In this document: one piece after another, positions 1 to 8,937 of the stretch
Layout of the letters: each line of letters starts with the position of its first letter
Position numbering within the stretch: position 1 is the first letter of the stretch
Assembly (NCBI GenBank): GCA_036339875.1
Contig: JAYZAC010000201.1
Location: forward strand, 1 to 21,697
Reading direction: 5' to 3'
Source: a bacterium
GTDB taxonomy: Bacteria > Muiribacteriota > UBA6191
Length of the DNA stretch: 21,697 nt
Notes under the pieces: generated by a model
Seen by the model: the letters and a program-made list of their open reading frames with translations, nothing else
Told to the model about the DNA's origin: nothing
The model's database searches: none
Position numbers and translations under genes: made by a program

Positions 1-55
1 GATTGTATATTGGTCGAGGACTTAATATTTAAGTAAAAAGATGTAATTTGGAGCT

Positions 56-84
56 TTGATTTAAGGGTATTTTTGAACTATAAT
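56..84 (+). promoter_or_regulatory. Sigma70-type promoter upstream of the antiporter gene
   Basis: TTGATT (56-61), 17-nt spacer, TATAAT (79-84). A second candidate is TTGACT (86-91) with TGnTACCTT (105-113). Confidence 0.6.
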
Positions 85-125
85 GTTGACTTCGGTAACA
101 ACTCTGATACCTTTCTCCTAATCTC

Positions 126-1994
126 ATGGATATCACTATAAGCTTAACGCTAATTATCGCACTTAGTCTGATTAGTCAATGGATCGCCCTCCGCGTGGGG
201 TGGCCACCCATATTACTTTATCTATTGCTTGGTTTAGGTCTGGGGCCAATTTACGGGGTAGTACAGCCTGATGTGCTACTTGGAGATCTTTTATTCCCTT
301 TCGTTTCACTTAGTGTTGCGATCATATTATTTGATGGAGGACTCCATTTAAAGTTTGACCAATTAGGCTCCTTGAAAAGTTTAGTATTCAGACTATGCAC
401 CATTGGAGCAATCACTAACGCAGTCATTTGTGCATCTCTTGCACACTACATTCTCGGATTTCCATGGGTTTTATCGTTTGTTGTGGGAGCAATGTTAATC
501 GTTACTGGACCTACAGTCATTGCACCCATGTTGCGTCAACTGAGACTGAATCATAATTTATCGAGTGCTCTCAAATGGGAAGGTATTGTTACGGACCCGT
601 ATGCAGCAATAGTAGGAGTTTTCTTTGTTAACGCTATCATGTATCCAGAAAAAACAGCCAGTATTACTAATCTAGTAGGTCATATCGTCGGTTGTATTGG
701 ATTAGGAATTATTGGGGGACTATTAGCTGCTTATATATTATTAAAGCTTATTGAAAAAGAAGCTATTCCTGTTGCTGTAGAAGTTCCAATTACAATGGTA
801 TTCGTTCTGATAACATTTGTTGTATGTAACCATTATCAACATGAATCAGGACTCGTAGCTGTTACAGCTATGGGTATGCGAATGGCCAATCAAGATCGAG
901 TAAATGTTAATAAAATAATTATTTTCAAATCAGAATTACAGATTATTCTGATTCCAATTCTATTTACATTGCTAGCTGCGCGTTTGCAATGGTCAGAAAT
1001 CAGTCAGATAAATGTTGAAATGGCCGTATTTCTTATGGCGACTATTTTTGTAGCCAGACCGATAGCGATTGCCATTGCGACAGCTGCTCAAGGCATTCCA
1101 TTTAAGGAAAAAGTTTTTCTAGCTTTTTTTGCACCCAGAGGAATTGTTTCAGTTGCTGTGACTTCTTTGTTTGCACTTGAGTTAAGTCGTGTAAACTACC
1201 CATACTCTAATGCGTTTTTATCTACGATGATTTTAACTATTTTGGGTACAGTGGTGATATACAGTCTTCTATCACAGGTCATGACTCGACTAATGGATGT
1301 TAGAGAAACAGATCCAAATGGAGTTTTAATTGTTGGTAGTAATATTTTTTCTCGCCAGCTAGCCCTATTATTGGAGAAATTTAATGTACCTGTGACTTTA
1401 ATGGATACTGACCGTCAACAAGTGCTAGAAGCTCGTATGCAAGATCTTGAAGTAAGGCATGTACGTGAAATTTCGCAAGGATTAGTAAAACAATTTGATT
1501 TTCGTAATAAGGGAATTTTATTAGCCATGACTAATTCGGGAGCAGTCAATCAACTTGTTTGTTCCATATTTAAGGATCAATTTATTGATGGTCGAAGATT
1601 TAGTTTGGAATGTTCCAGGCCAAGTATTTTTGGGCCTGAAAGTCTGAAGGATCGAGCTGGATTCACACTTTTTCAGGAAGGTGTTCAATATGAGTATTTA
1701 GTAGCTCATATTGAAGCTGGGGCTCAATTAAAGGCAACCAGAATTACAAAAGAATTTTCAATTGAAAAATTCATTGAAAAATTTTCTCAAGAGGCAATTC
1801 CGTTATTCAAGATGATGGATAACCACAAGTTAGATCCCGTGAGTCGCCAGAATGCTACTCTGGAAGGTTCTGATTACACGTTGATCAGTTTGATACTGAG
1901 TAATGAAATAACGCCTATTTTGCACGGTGAAGAATTGAGTAAAAATTTGTTTGGAGTTGAACCGATTAAACCAGGAATTCAATTCACACCCTAA
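126..1994 (+). CDS. CPA1/NhaP-type Na+(K+)/H+ antiporter with C-terminal TrkA-N (RCK)-like domain
   Basis: About 390 aa hydrophobic multi-TM region with CPA1 motifs ILFDGG, TGPTVI, EGIVTD and PRGIV. Then a soluble Rossmann-like tail (GVLIVGSN...VTLMDTD). Confidence 0.9.
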   Translation: MDITISLTLIIALSLISQWIALRVGWPPILLYLLLGLGLGPIYGVVQPDVLLGDLLFPFVSLSVAIILFDGGLHLKFDQLGSLKSLVFRLCTIGAITNAVICASLAHYILGFPWVLSFVVGAMLIVTGPTVIAPMLRQLRLNHNLSSALKWEGIVTDPYAAIVGVFFVNAIMYPEKTASITNLVGHIVGCIGLGIIGGLLAAYILLKLIEKEAIPVAVEVPITMVFVLITFVVCNHYQHESGLVAVTAMGMRMANQDRVNVNKIIIFKSELQIILIPILFTLLAARLQWSEISQINVEMAVFLMATIFVARPIAIAIATAAQGIPFKEKVFLAFFAPRGIVSVAVTSLFALELSRVNYPYSNAFLSTMILTILGTVVIYSLLSQVMTRLMDVRETDPNGVLIVGSNIFSRQLALLLEKFNVPVTLMDTDRQQVLEARMQDLEVRHVREISQGLVKQFDFRNKGILLAMTNSGAVNQLVCSIFKDQFIDGRRFSLECSRPSIFGPESLKDRAGFTLFQEGVQYEYLVAHIEAGAQLKATRITKEFSIEKFIEKFSQEAIPLFKMMDNHKLDPVSRQNATLEGSDYTLISLILSNEITPILHGEELSKNLFGVEPIKPGIQFTP

Positions 1995-2018
1995 AAAAAA
2001 TCATACTAGCGAGCAGTG

Positions 2019-2846
2019 TCAGGCTATCATTCTGTTTTGTGTGGACTGCCTACTTTGTTCAATGACTTTTAATACACCATCCCAGAATGTTATACGAGCC
2101 TTAATCGCTTCTTTACATGCATCTTGAGCTACATCAATCTGTTTCTCGTCGCGTTCGCAAAAGTGATCTACCAATTGCTGCGCAAAGTGAGAGTGTTCTC
2201 CACCATCAAGTTCTGTGTGGCGTTCAAGATAGTAATAAAAATGTGGTGCCTGTTGCCTCGAAATTCCCAAACGGTTGAGTACCGATGAAAACATTCCGGG
2301 TATAATTTTTTCGCGTCCATAAGCAAACCAACATGCTATTACTAACGGATTCTGAGCTGATATCGTGTCGAATGTTCGGTTCACAAATTGAGTCGACGGA
2401 TTCTTGGGTAGCTTCTCGACAGCTTTAGTGACTCCCTGTCTCCTCACAATCTCAATAAAATCTGTGATGTGATCCACTGATATTTTTAATTCCTTCATTG
2501 CATCTAAGTACAAATCAAAATGACTACAACTACCAGTTCCGGACATATCGACATCTGATTCTTCGGATAAGACTATTTCATTGATCGCTTTCACAACTGA
2601 ATTTTCTGTGCTGGGTACCCATGGTATGGTACAAGGAGCAACGAAGGATTGGACGCTCTTGACTAGAGACATGAAATCCCAAACTGCGAATACATGATGA
2701 CGCATGAATACGGACAAGGCATGTTTGTCATCAAGCGCAGAAAATACTGGATGTTCCTGTACTTGTTGCATTAGCTCCTTTACTTCATGATCAGGAGCAA
2801 ACGTTTTAAATTTAGTAGATTTAACAATATTCATAATCTTTATCAC
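2019..2846 (-). CDS. DUF3050-family heme-oxygenase-like (putative diiron) protein
   Basis: Family motifs HVFAVWDFMSL, PWVP, INEIVLSEESD, SHFDLYLDAM, GRE, YYLERHTELDGGEH. Start is GTG 2846 or ATG 2834. Confidence 0.85.
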   Translation of the reverse strand: MIKIMNIVKSTKFKTFAPDHEVKELMQQVQEHPVFSALDDKHALSVFMRHHVFAVWDFMSLVKSVQSFVAPCTIPWVPSTENSVVKAINEIVLSEESDVDMSGTGSCSHFDLYLDAMKELKISVDHITDFIEIVRRQGVTKAVEKLPKNPSTQFVNRTFDTISAQNPLVIACWFAYGREKIIPGMFSSVLNRLGISRQQAPHFYYYLERHTELDGGEHSHFAQQLVDHFCERDEKQIDVAQDACKEAIKARITFWDGVLKVIEQSRQSTQNRMIA

Positions 2847-2907
2847 CGACCATATACTATATATATCAAAAACGCTTTAATTAAAACGATTGAACCAATA
2901 TGGCAGT

Positions 2908-5379
2908 TTAACTCGGTTTTACAATTAAGTTAATCAGTTTACCCTTAACAAATATTTGTTTTATTATTTGCATACCCTCAAGGTGTTTTTGGACTTTCGT
3001 CGAATCTAAAGCTACGTTGAGAACTTGATCTTCGGTAGAACTTGCCGATACAGTTACTTCATCTCTTCTTTTGCCGTTGATCATAACGGCCATTTTTATT
3101 TCGTCTAGTTGTAAGAACTGATTATCATGCGCCGGAAACTTTTGATTAAAAATACTTTGTTGTTCACCACTAAGTTGCCACCATTCTTCACAGAAATGAG
3201 GCATGAAGGGGCTTAAAAGCACCAAAAAGGTTTTCAGTGTTTGTTGCATAAGAAAATTGTTAATCGTTTCAGCAGTAGAATTATTTTCATAATCTGTAAT
3301 TGCGTTATAAAGCTCCATTAATCTTGCAATGGATGTGTTAAACATAAATCGCTGAGTATCCTGATTAACCCCCTTGATGGAATTATGTAAAACATATAAA
3401 AGTTTTTTATCAGCAGATGAATAAGATTGTTCCGGTAAGCTGCTTGTTAACAGTTCAACTTTTTCTTCCATTAGTCTTGCACAACGCTCAGCAAATCTAG
3501 AGGCCGATTTGAATCCACCTTCGCTCCAAGGCCCGCCTTCTACATAATTAAATCCGAAGCATAGATACAGCCTGAGAATATCACTTCCAAAATTCTCAAC
3601 ATATTCATCCGGTGAAATAGCATTCCCTTTAGATTTACTCATTTTTTGCATATCTGGTCCGAGAATCATGCCTTGATGAGTGAGAGATGTGAATGGTTCG
3701 GCAGTAGGAACATAGCCTAGATCGTGCATGACCATATTTACAAAACGAGCATATAGTAGATGCATACAAGCGTGCTCTGGACCTCCAACGTATTTATCAA
3801 CCGGTAACATTTTATAAGTAATATCCTTATCGAATGCCTGTGCTTGATTGTGAGCATCTGGGTATCGCATGTAATACCAACTAGAACAAACAAAAGTATC
3901 TAAAGTATCTACTTCACGAGTAGCTGGACCACCGCACTTTGGACAAGTTGTATGATAAAACTCTTCACAGTTGCGTAAAGGAGATTCTCCAGTTGGTTTG
4001 AACTCTACATTTTCAGGTAATAAAACTGGTAATTGATCTTCAGGTACTAATACTTCACCACAATTAGGACAATTTATAATTGGAATTGGAGCGCCCCAAT
4101 AACGTTGCCTTGAGACTAACCAGTCTCTAAGTCTAAAATTTACCTTCTTTTGACCTTTACCATTAGATTCCAAATCATTGGTAATTTTAGTTTTCATTTC
4201 TAGCGAATTCATTCCGTCATATTTTCCAGAATTGAGAACTATACCGGGTTCAGTATAAGCAGATTTAAGTGTGCTAGAAAGTTCAGTATTTGGTTCTTGA
4301 ATTACTTTTCTGCAAGGCAGATTAAAGGCTTCTGCAAATGCAAAATCGCGTTCGTCGTGACCAGGTACCCCCATCACTACGCCAGTACCATAAGTTACTA
4401 AAACGTAATCACTAATCCATATGGGAATCTTTTCTCCATTTACTGGGTTAATTGCATATGCTCCGGTAAAAACACCTGTTTTTTCTTTAGCAGTAGACAA
4501 ACGATCTACCTCTTTCATTTTTGCGGTTTGTTCAATATAGTCTTGAACAGAATCGCGTTGCTCATCAGTAGTTATTTCCAATACTTTTTGATGTTCGGGA
4601 GCAAAAGTTACATAAGTAACACCGAAAAGAGTATCTGGGCGAGTAGTAAATACTTTGAAATTCCAATCATGGCCTTCCATGGCAAATTCAATTTCGGTAC
4701 CCTCGCTACGACCAATCCAATTGGATTGCATTGCTACAGTTTTACTTGGCCAATCAAGGGTTTCTAGATTGTCTAAAAGTTTTTCAGCATAGTCAGTTAT
4801 TTTAAAAAACCATTGAGCTAGATTTTTTTGAACCACTTCATACCCGGTACGTTCATCTTTACCATCAATAACTTGTTCGTTAGCTAGTACTGTATTTAAG
4901 CCCGGACACCAGTTAACTGGTGCTTCTTTTTTATATGCAAGACCATTTTTATAAAGAGTGGAAAAAATCCATTGAGTCCATTTGTAATAATCTGGTTTAG
5001 AGGTATCTACTTTGTAATTAAAATCGTAGCTAACTCCCATTTTTTCGAATTGTTCAAGCATGTAATTGACGTTTTTTGTTGTGGATATATCGGGATGAAT
5101 TCCATGTTTAATTGCGTAATTTTCAGCAGGCAGACCAAAGGCATCGAAACCCATGGGAAAAAAAACATTTTTACCCTGCATTCTTTGATAACGTACCCAT
5201 GTATCCATTAACCCGTACTGATACCAGTGACCCATGTGTAATCGATCACCCGAAGGGTAAGGAAACATAACTAGCACATAGTATTTATCTTCCATAGCGT
5301 TTACATCTACGGTATTAGATTCATCATTGGCCCAGTTACTGCGCCACTTAGCCTCATTAGCAATAAAATCGAAACTCAT
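2908..5379 (-). CDS. leuS: Leucyl-tRNA synthetase
   Basis: MFPYPSG...HMGH (HIGH motif), CP1 editing motifs FTTRPDT and GTG...PGHDERD, SRQRYWG, KMSKS. Start moved to ATG 5379 (MSFDF) because AGGAG lies just upstream. Confidence 0.98.
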   Translation of the reverse strand: MSFDFIANEAKWRSNWANDESNTVDVNAMEDKYYVLVMFPYPSGDRLHMGHWYQYGLMDTWVRYQRMQGKNVFFPMGFDAFGLPAENYAIKHGIHPDISTTKNVNYMLEQFEKMGVSYDFNYKVDTSKPDYYKWTQWIFSTLYKNGLAYKKEAPVNWCPGLNTVLANEQVIDGKDERTGYEVVQKNLAQWFFKITDYAEKLLDNLETLDWPSKTVAMQSNWIGRSEGTEIEFAMEGHDWNFKVFTTRPDTLFGVTYVTFAPEHQKVLEITTDEQRDSVQDYIEQTAKMKEVDRLSTAKEKTGVFTGAYAINPVNGEKIPIWISDYVLVTYGTGVVMGVPGHDERDFAFAEAFNLPCRKVIQEPNTELSSTLKSAYTEPGIVLNSGKYDGMNSLEMKTKITNDLESNGKGQKKVNFRLRDWLVSRQRYWGAPIPIINCPNCGEVLVPEDQLPVLLPENVEFKPTGESPLRNCEEFYHTTCPKCGGPATREVDTLDTFVCSSWYYMRYPDAHNQAQAFDKDITYKMLPVDKYVGGPEHACMHLLYARFVNMVMHDLGYVPTAEPFTSLTHQGMILGPDMQKMSKSKGNAISPDEYVENFGSDILRLYLCFGFNYVEGGPWSEGGFKSASRFAERCARLMEEKVELLTSSLPEQSYSSADKKLLYVLHNSIKGVNQDTQRFMFNTSIARLMELYNAITDYENNSTAETINNFLMQQTLKTFLVLLSPFMPHFCEEWWQLSGEQQSIFNQKFPAHDNQFLQLDEIKMAVMINGKRRDEVTVSASSTEDQVLNVALDSTKVQKHLEGMQIIKQIFVKGKLINLIVKPS

Positions 5380-5665
5380 GGGTACTCCTAAAAAAGTCGC
5401 GCTAAGTGTATCAAACACTCATTTTTTGGGATAGAGGAATAGGAAAACTAAGATTTTATAAATTGTATTTTATGTACTACGGATCTACTTCTTCTTTGCG
5501 AAAACGTTATTAAATCAGGATTGAAAATCCTACTTGTTTATTAACTTCCTGTCATACGAATAAAACTCTTCAGTTTTGATTGATTATATAGTGATTTTCG
5601 AATTGAAGGTCCATTTTGATGGTATTAGAAGACGTATTTTAGGTTTTTATCGTAGCTAAAGCAAG

Positions 5666-6244
5666 TTACTCGATATTACCAGATTTTTCCCATAAGCAGA
5701 TAAACAAAGCAAGTGCTACGACAAATGAAATAAAAATTGCTGGAGGTGTTATATAAAATATTAATACGACACCTACACCTGGTGATAAATTACCAGGACG
5801 GCCCCACACATCATATAGATTATATATTCCCCAAAGTCCCCATCCAGAACTAACAATTACTAAACAAAATGCCAAGAAAGCGTTTACAAAAATGTACAGG
5901 CTAGTGGATATTTTCTTTTGAAACTTAGATGAGATCAATCCAATTATGATAAGTATTCCAGCGAAAATGAGTTGCAGAGAAATTAGGATTAATCCGAGCC
6001 AATAGCAGGTCTGTTGTGGGTTAGGCAATATTGTTGCGCAAAATAACCAATTTATTGCTCTATTTAAGTACACAAATATTACGGGATTATAAAAGACAAC
6101 AAAAAAGAGACCAAATGCCGTTTGATAATTCAGATATTTTTTATTGAAAAGTTTATCAAGACAAAATGTAAGACCTTTTATAGCAAATTCTACTACTATT
6201 ATTGGTAATGCCATGAAAAAAATTAAAAACAGCAGATTATCCAT
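5666..6244 (-). CDS. Hypothetical integral membrane protein (about 5 TM helices)
   Basis: Several long hydrophobic segments. AAGGAG lies 8 nt before ATG 6244 (MDNLL). No family recognised. Confidence 0.7.
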   Translation of the reverse strand: MDNLLFLIFFMALPIIVVEFAIKGLTFCLDKLFNKKYLNYQTAFGLFFVVFYNPVIFVYLNRAINWLFCATILPNPQQTCYWLGLILISLQLIFAGILIIIGLISSKFQKKISTSLYIFVNAFLAFCLVIVSSGWGLWGIYNLYDVWGRPGNLSPGVGVVLIFYITPPAIFISFVVALALFICLWEKSGNIE

Positions 6245-6305
6245 CAACATAACTCCTTTATTTTTACATGGATGATATTGACTTATCTCAACCAATTGTT
6301 AGTAA

Positions 6306-6335
6306 ATACTAACATATAATTTTGAATAGTGTCAA
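6306..6335 (-). promoter_or_regulatory. Sigma70-type promoter for the membrane protein gene
   Basis: Minus strand reads TTGACA (6335-6330), 18 nt, then TAGTAT (6311-6306) preceded by TGn (extended -10). Confidence 0.55.
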
Positions 6336-6415
6336 GAGTTTGGAAAATCTTAAATCTGTCTGTGTTAATGCAACAAAGTTCTGGTTGAGGCGTAGATACA
6401 GTTGAGTTCTATTGT

Positions 6416-7429
6416 ATGAGTATTCTTCTACACATAATCAAAGCGTTAAAACTGTTTCTATTCGTAATGGGTTGGAACTCATTTGCGCAGCCCGATTGGG
6501 AAGGAATTTCTAATACTCAAATTTCAGTAAAATCGTCTGAAAATTCTACTGAAAGTATTACATCAAGGCATTTATTCAAGGGTCTACCCGTTATCAAAGA
6601 TGACTTGTGCAAGGACTATAAGATTCTTAATAACGATGGCTATATAGTTGGATTTTGCGATTCAAGAAATATTGCTTTATGGTCAGCTTATCGAATGTTT
6701 AAAATTGACTCTATCAGTTCGCCACCTGAAAGGCCGCCGTACAAAGGTGATGACCGGGTAAGTTTGGTATTAGACCCAAAGTTCTATTCGAAAACAGGCT
6801 ATGATGCGGGACATTTGGCACCGAATGCTGGCATTTTTAATCGTTATGGTCGTAATGCTCAGGTTGAAACATTTTTATTAACTAACTTTGGACCACAAAC
6901 TACACGGTTAAACCGAGGTCCTTGGAAAAGTGTGGAGTACCGAGTTAATCGATGGTGGGCTCAAGCGTATGAAGAATTATGGATTATTACGGGGCCAGTT
7001 CTGCGAGATGGTTTACCTCTTTTGAAAGACACAATTCCAATAGCGGATCATTATTTTAAAATACTACTAGATAGTGATGGCGAAGCATTACGTTCAATGG
7101 CGTTTATTATGCCAAATAAAGATACGATGGGCTCAATCATGGATCAATTTTTTGATACCAGTTTACAATCTGAGAGCGAGATACCTGCTTATCGAGGCAT
7201 GAAGGACGATCTTCTAGAAGTATTCATAAGCCTGGAATTAGAAAATTTTCTGGTAAGTATTGATGAAATTGAAAAGAAGACAGGTTTGGATTTTTATTCA
7301 GTATTAGAAGACGATATAGAATTCGAATTGGAGAAGAATGTTTCTGGAGAAATTTGGCCGAAACCTTCAATGGGCTCTGAGGAAAATATTTCAGATAAAA
7401 ACTTAGGTTCCAGTACTCAAAGCCAGTAA
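6416..7429 (+). CDS. Secreted DNA/RNA non-specific endonuclease (NucA/Serratia-type beta-beta-alpha-metal family)
   Basis: Signal-peptide-like N-terminus, YDAGHLAP (DRGH-like), TFLLTNFGPQ...LNRGPW..VE, ITGP, AFIMPN, SIDEIEKKTGLDF. Confidence 0.9.
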   Translation: MSILLHIIKALKLFLFVMGWNSFAQPDWEGISNTQISVKSSENSTESITSRHLFKGLPVIKDDLCKDYKILNNDGYIVGFCDSRNIALWSAYRMFKIDSISSPPERPPYKGDDRVSLVLDPKFYSKTGYDAGHLAPNAGIFNRYGRNAQVETFLLTNFGPQTTRLNRGPWKSVEYRVNRWWAQAYEELWIITGPVLRDGLPLLKDTIPIADHYFKILLDSDGEALRSMAFIMPNKDTMGSIMDQFFDTSLQSESEIPAYRGMKDDLLEVFISLELENFLVSIDEIEKKTGLDFYSVLEDDIEFELEKNVSGEIWPKPSMGSEENISDKNLGSSTQSQ

Positions 7430-8581
7430 AATACAATCTACTGAATCGCCTTTAAATTTGGGCTTTGAGTCCTCTTCAATTTTAATCAATAATTCTGCAT
7501 CCGCTAAAGCATAAATATGACCTGACCCATGAAATTTAACAGGTACAACTTGACCATGATCATTCAAACGACCCGGAATAAAGGAAGTAAAGTTTCTTTT
7601 CTGAGGTTTTAAATTGTTAGCTAAAATTAACTGAATCGTTTTCGCTTTATCGCGAATTTGTAGAAAGGGTTTAACTAACACAAGAAAACAAGTTAGTGCT
7701 GCAACAGGACTACCCGGTAAAACGAAAACTCCGCGCGTCCCAAAACTCCCGTAACTTACTGGCTTACCTGGTCTCATCTTAACGCCTTCGAAGACGAATT
7801 CCACACCGATGCGCTTACATACTGGTTTTACATAATCAAATTTACCTTTAGATGCGCCTCCAGTTATTAGCACTACATCATTTTCTTCTAGGGCGTGATG
7901 TAAACGTTCTTCTAAAGTTACAGGATCGTCAGGCACAATGCCATAGTCAGTCACCTTGCAATTTAATTCTAGAACACATGACTTAAGCATAACTGCATTA
8001 CTATTGCGAACTTGCGATGGATTAGTTGGTTGATCGATTTCAACTAATTCTTGGCCCGTACTTAAGATTCCGATATGTATCGATTCGAACACGGGAACCT
8101 TAATAATTCCCAGGGCAGACAATAGGCCTGCATGAGCAGAATTCAGCTTTTGTCCTACGGAAATAATCTTATCGCCTTTGGTAAAATCTTCTCCTTTCTT
8201 GAGAATATTTTCAGCATCTTTATTTTTAATAATGATTTTATTTTGATTTAATTCACAAAATTCCTGACGAACAACCTTAATAGTATTTGCGGGAATACTT
8301 GCACCCGTCATGACTTGAAAACATTGATTTGAGCTGAGTTGATGATCATGAGTTTGGCCTGCAGCAATTACTCCTACTAAGTCATATTCACAATGTCCCT
8401 CTTCGGCAATTGCAAAGCCATCCATAGCAGATTTATCAAAAGCAGGGTAATTCTCGGGTGCTTCGATATTTTCAGCAAGAATATGACCCTTACATGATTC
8501 CACAGGTAATTGATGAACGCGCCTTATCCAACGCTTTGATTCAGTTTTCAGTAGTTTAGTAACTTTTGTGTAATTGATCAT
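7403..8581 (-). CDS. moeA: Molybdopterin molybdotransferase MoeA
   Basis: SAMDGFA, VMTGA, STGQEL, TGGASKG, MRPGKP, LPGSP motifs. 392 aa. Its 3' end overlaps the convergent nuclease gene by 27 bp. Confidence 0.93.
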   Translation of the reverse strand: MINYTKVTKLLKTESKRWIRRVHQLPVESCKGHILAENIEAPENYPAFDKSAMDGFAIAEEGHCEYDLVGVIAAGQTHDHQLSSNQCFQVMTGASIPANTIKVVRQEFCELNQNKIIIKNKDAENILKKGEDFTKGDKIISVGQKLNSAHAGLLSALGIIKVPVFESIHIGILSTGQELVEIDQPTNPSQVRNSNAVMLKSCVLELNCKVTDYGIVPDDPVTLEERLHHALEENDVVLITGGASKGKFDYVKPVCKRIGVEFVFEGVKMRPGKPVSYGSFGTRGVFVLPGSPVAALTCFLVLVKPFLQIRDKAKTIQLILANNLKPQKRNFTSFIPGRLNDHGQVVPVKFHGSGHIYALADAELLIKIEEDSKPKFKGDSVDCILLALSTGT

Positions 8582-8721
8582 AATTGCCTAGTTTAATTTA
8601 CAAATACCTTCAATTGTAAAGACTTCACATTAAAAGTTTTACACAGCTATTACATTCATCTGACAACCTATATTGAATTACAGGTCAACATAATGGGGAA
8701 CTACTTAAAAGGAGAACAGAA

Positions 8722-8937
8722 ATGGCCTATAAAAAGTGTTTCAGATGTGAGCGTAGTTATTCGAATAGACGTGAATTTGTGCAAGACACAGGGTTTGTAG
8801 GTTTGCAAAAGTTAAGTAGAAACACATACAGCGATAAGGCTTTAGAGCTCAGAAATTGCGCTTGTGGTAGTACGCTGGCGCACCTGTGGCAACTAGACAA
8901 AGTACGCAGCTATAAACAAATAAGGAGATTATTATGA
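8722..8937 (+). CDS. Small hypothetical protein with CxxC...CxC putative zinc-binding motif
   Basis: Strong AAGGAG SD. CFRC and RNCACGSTL motifs. Stop overlaps the degP start (ATGA). Confidence 0.8.
   Translation: MAYKKCFRCERSYSNRREFVQDTGFVGLQKLSRNTYSDKALELRNCACGSTLAHLWQLDKVRSYKQIRRLL

Noticed and set aside
4528..5211. Two 79-aa + strand ORFs (4528-4767, 4972-5211)
   Set aside because: Antisense shadows inside leuS with non-ATG starts and no recognisable motifs.
5380..5665. T-box riboswitch or tRNA upstream of leuS
   Set aside because: No T-box consensus (GGTGGnACCGCG-like), no terminator/antiterminator pair and no cloverleaf found.
7224..7436. 70-aa - strand ORF
   Set aside because: Antisense to the nuclease C-terminus and overlapping moeA, with no independent support.
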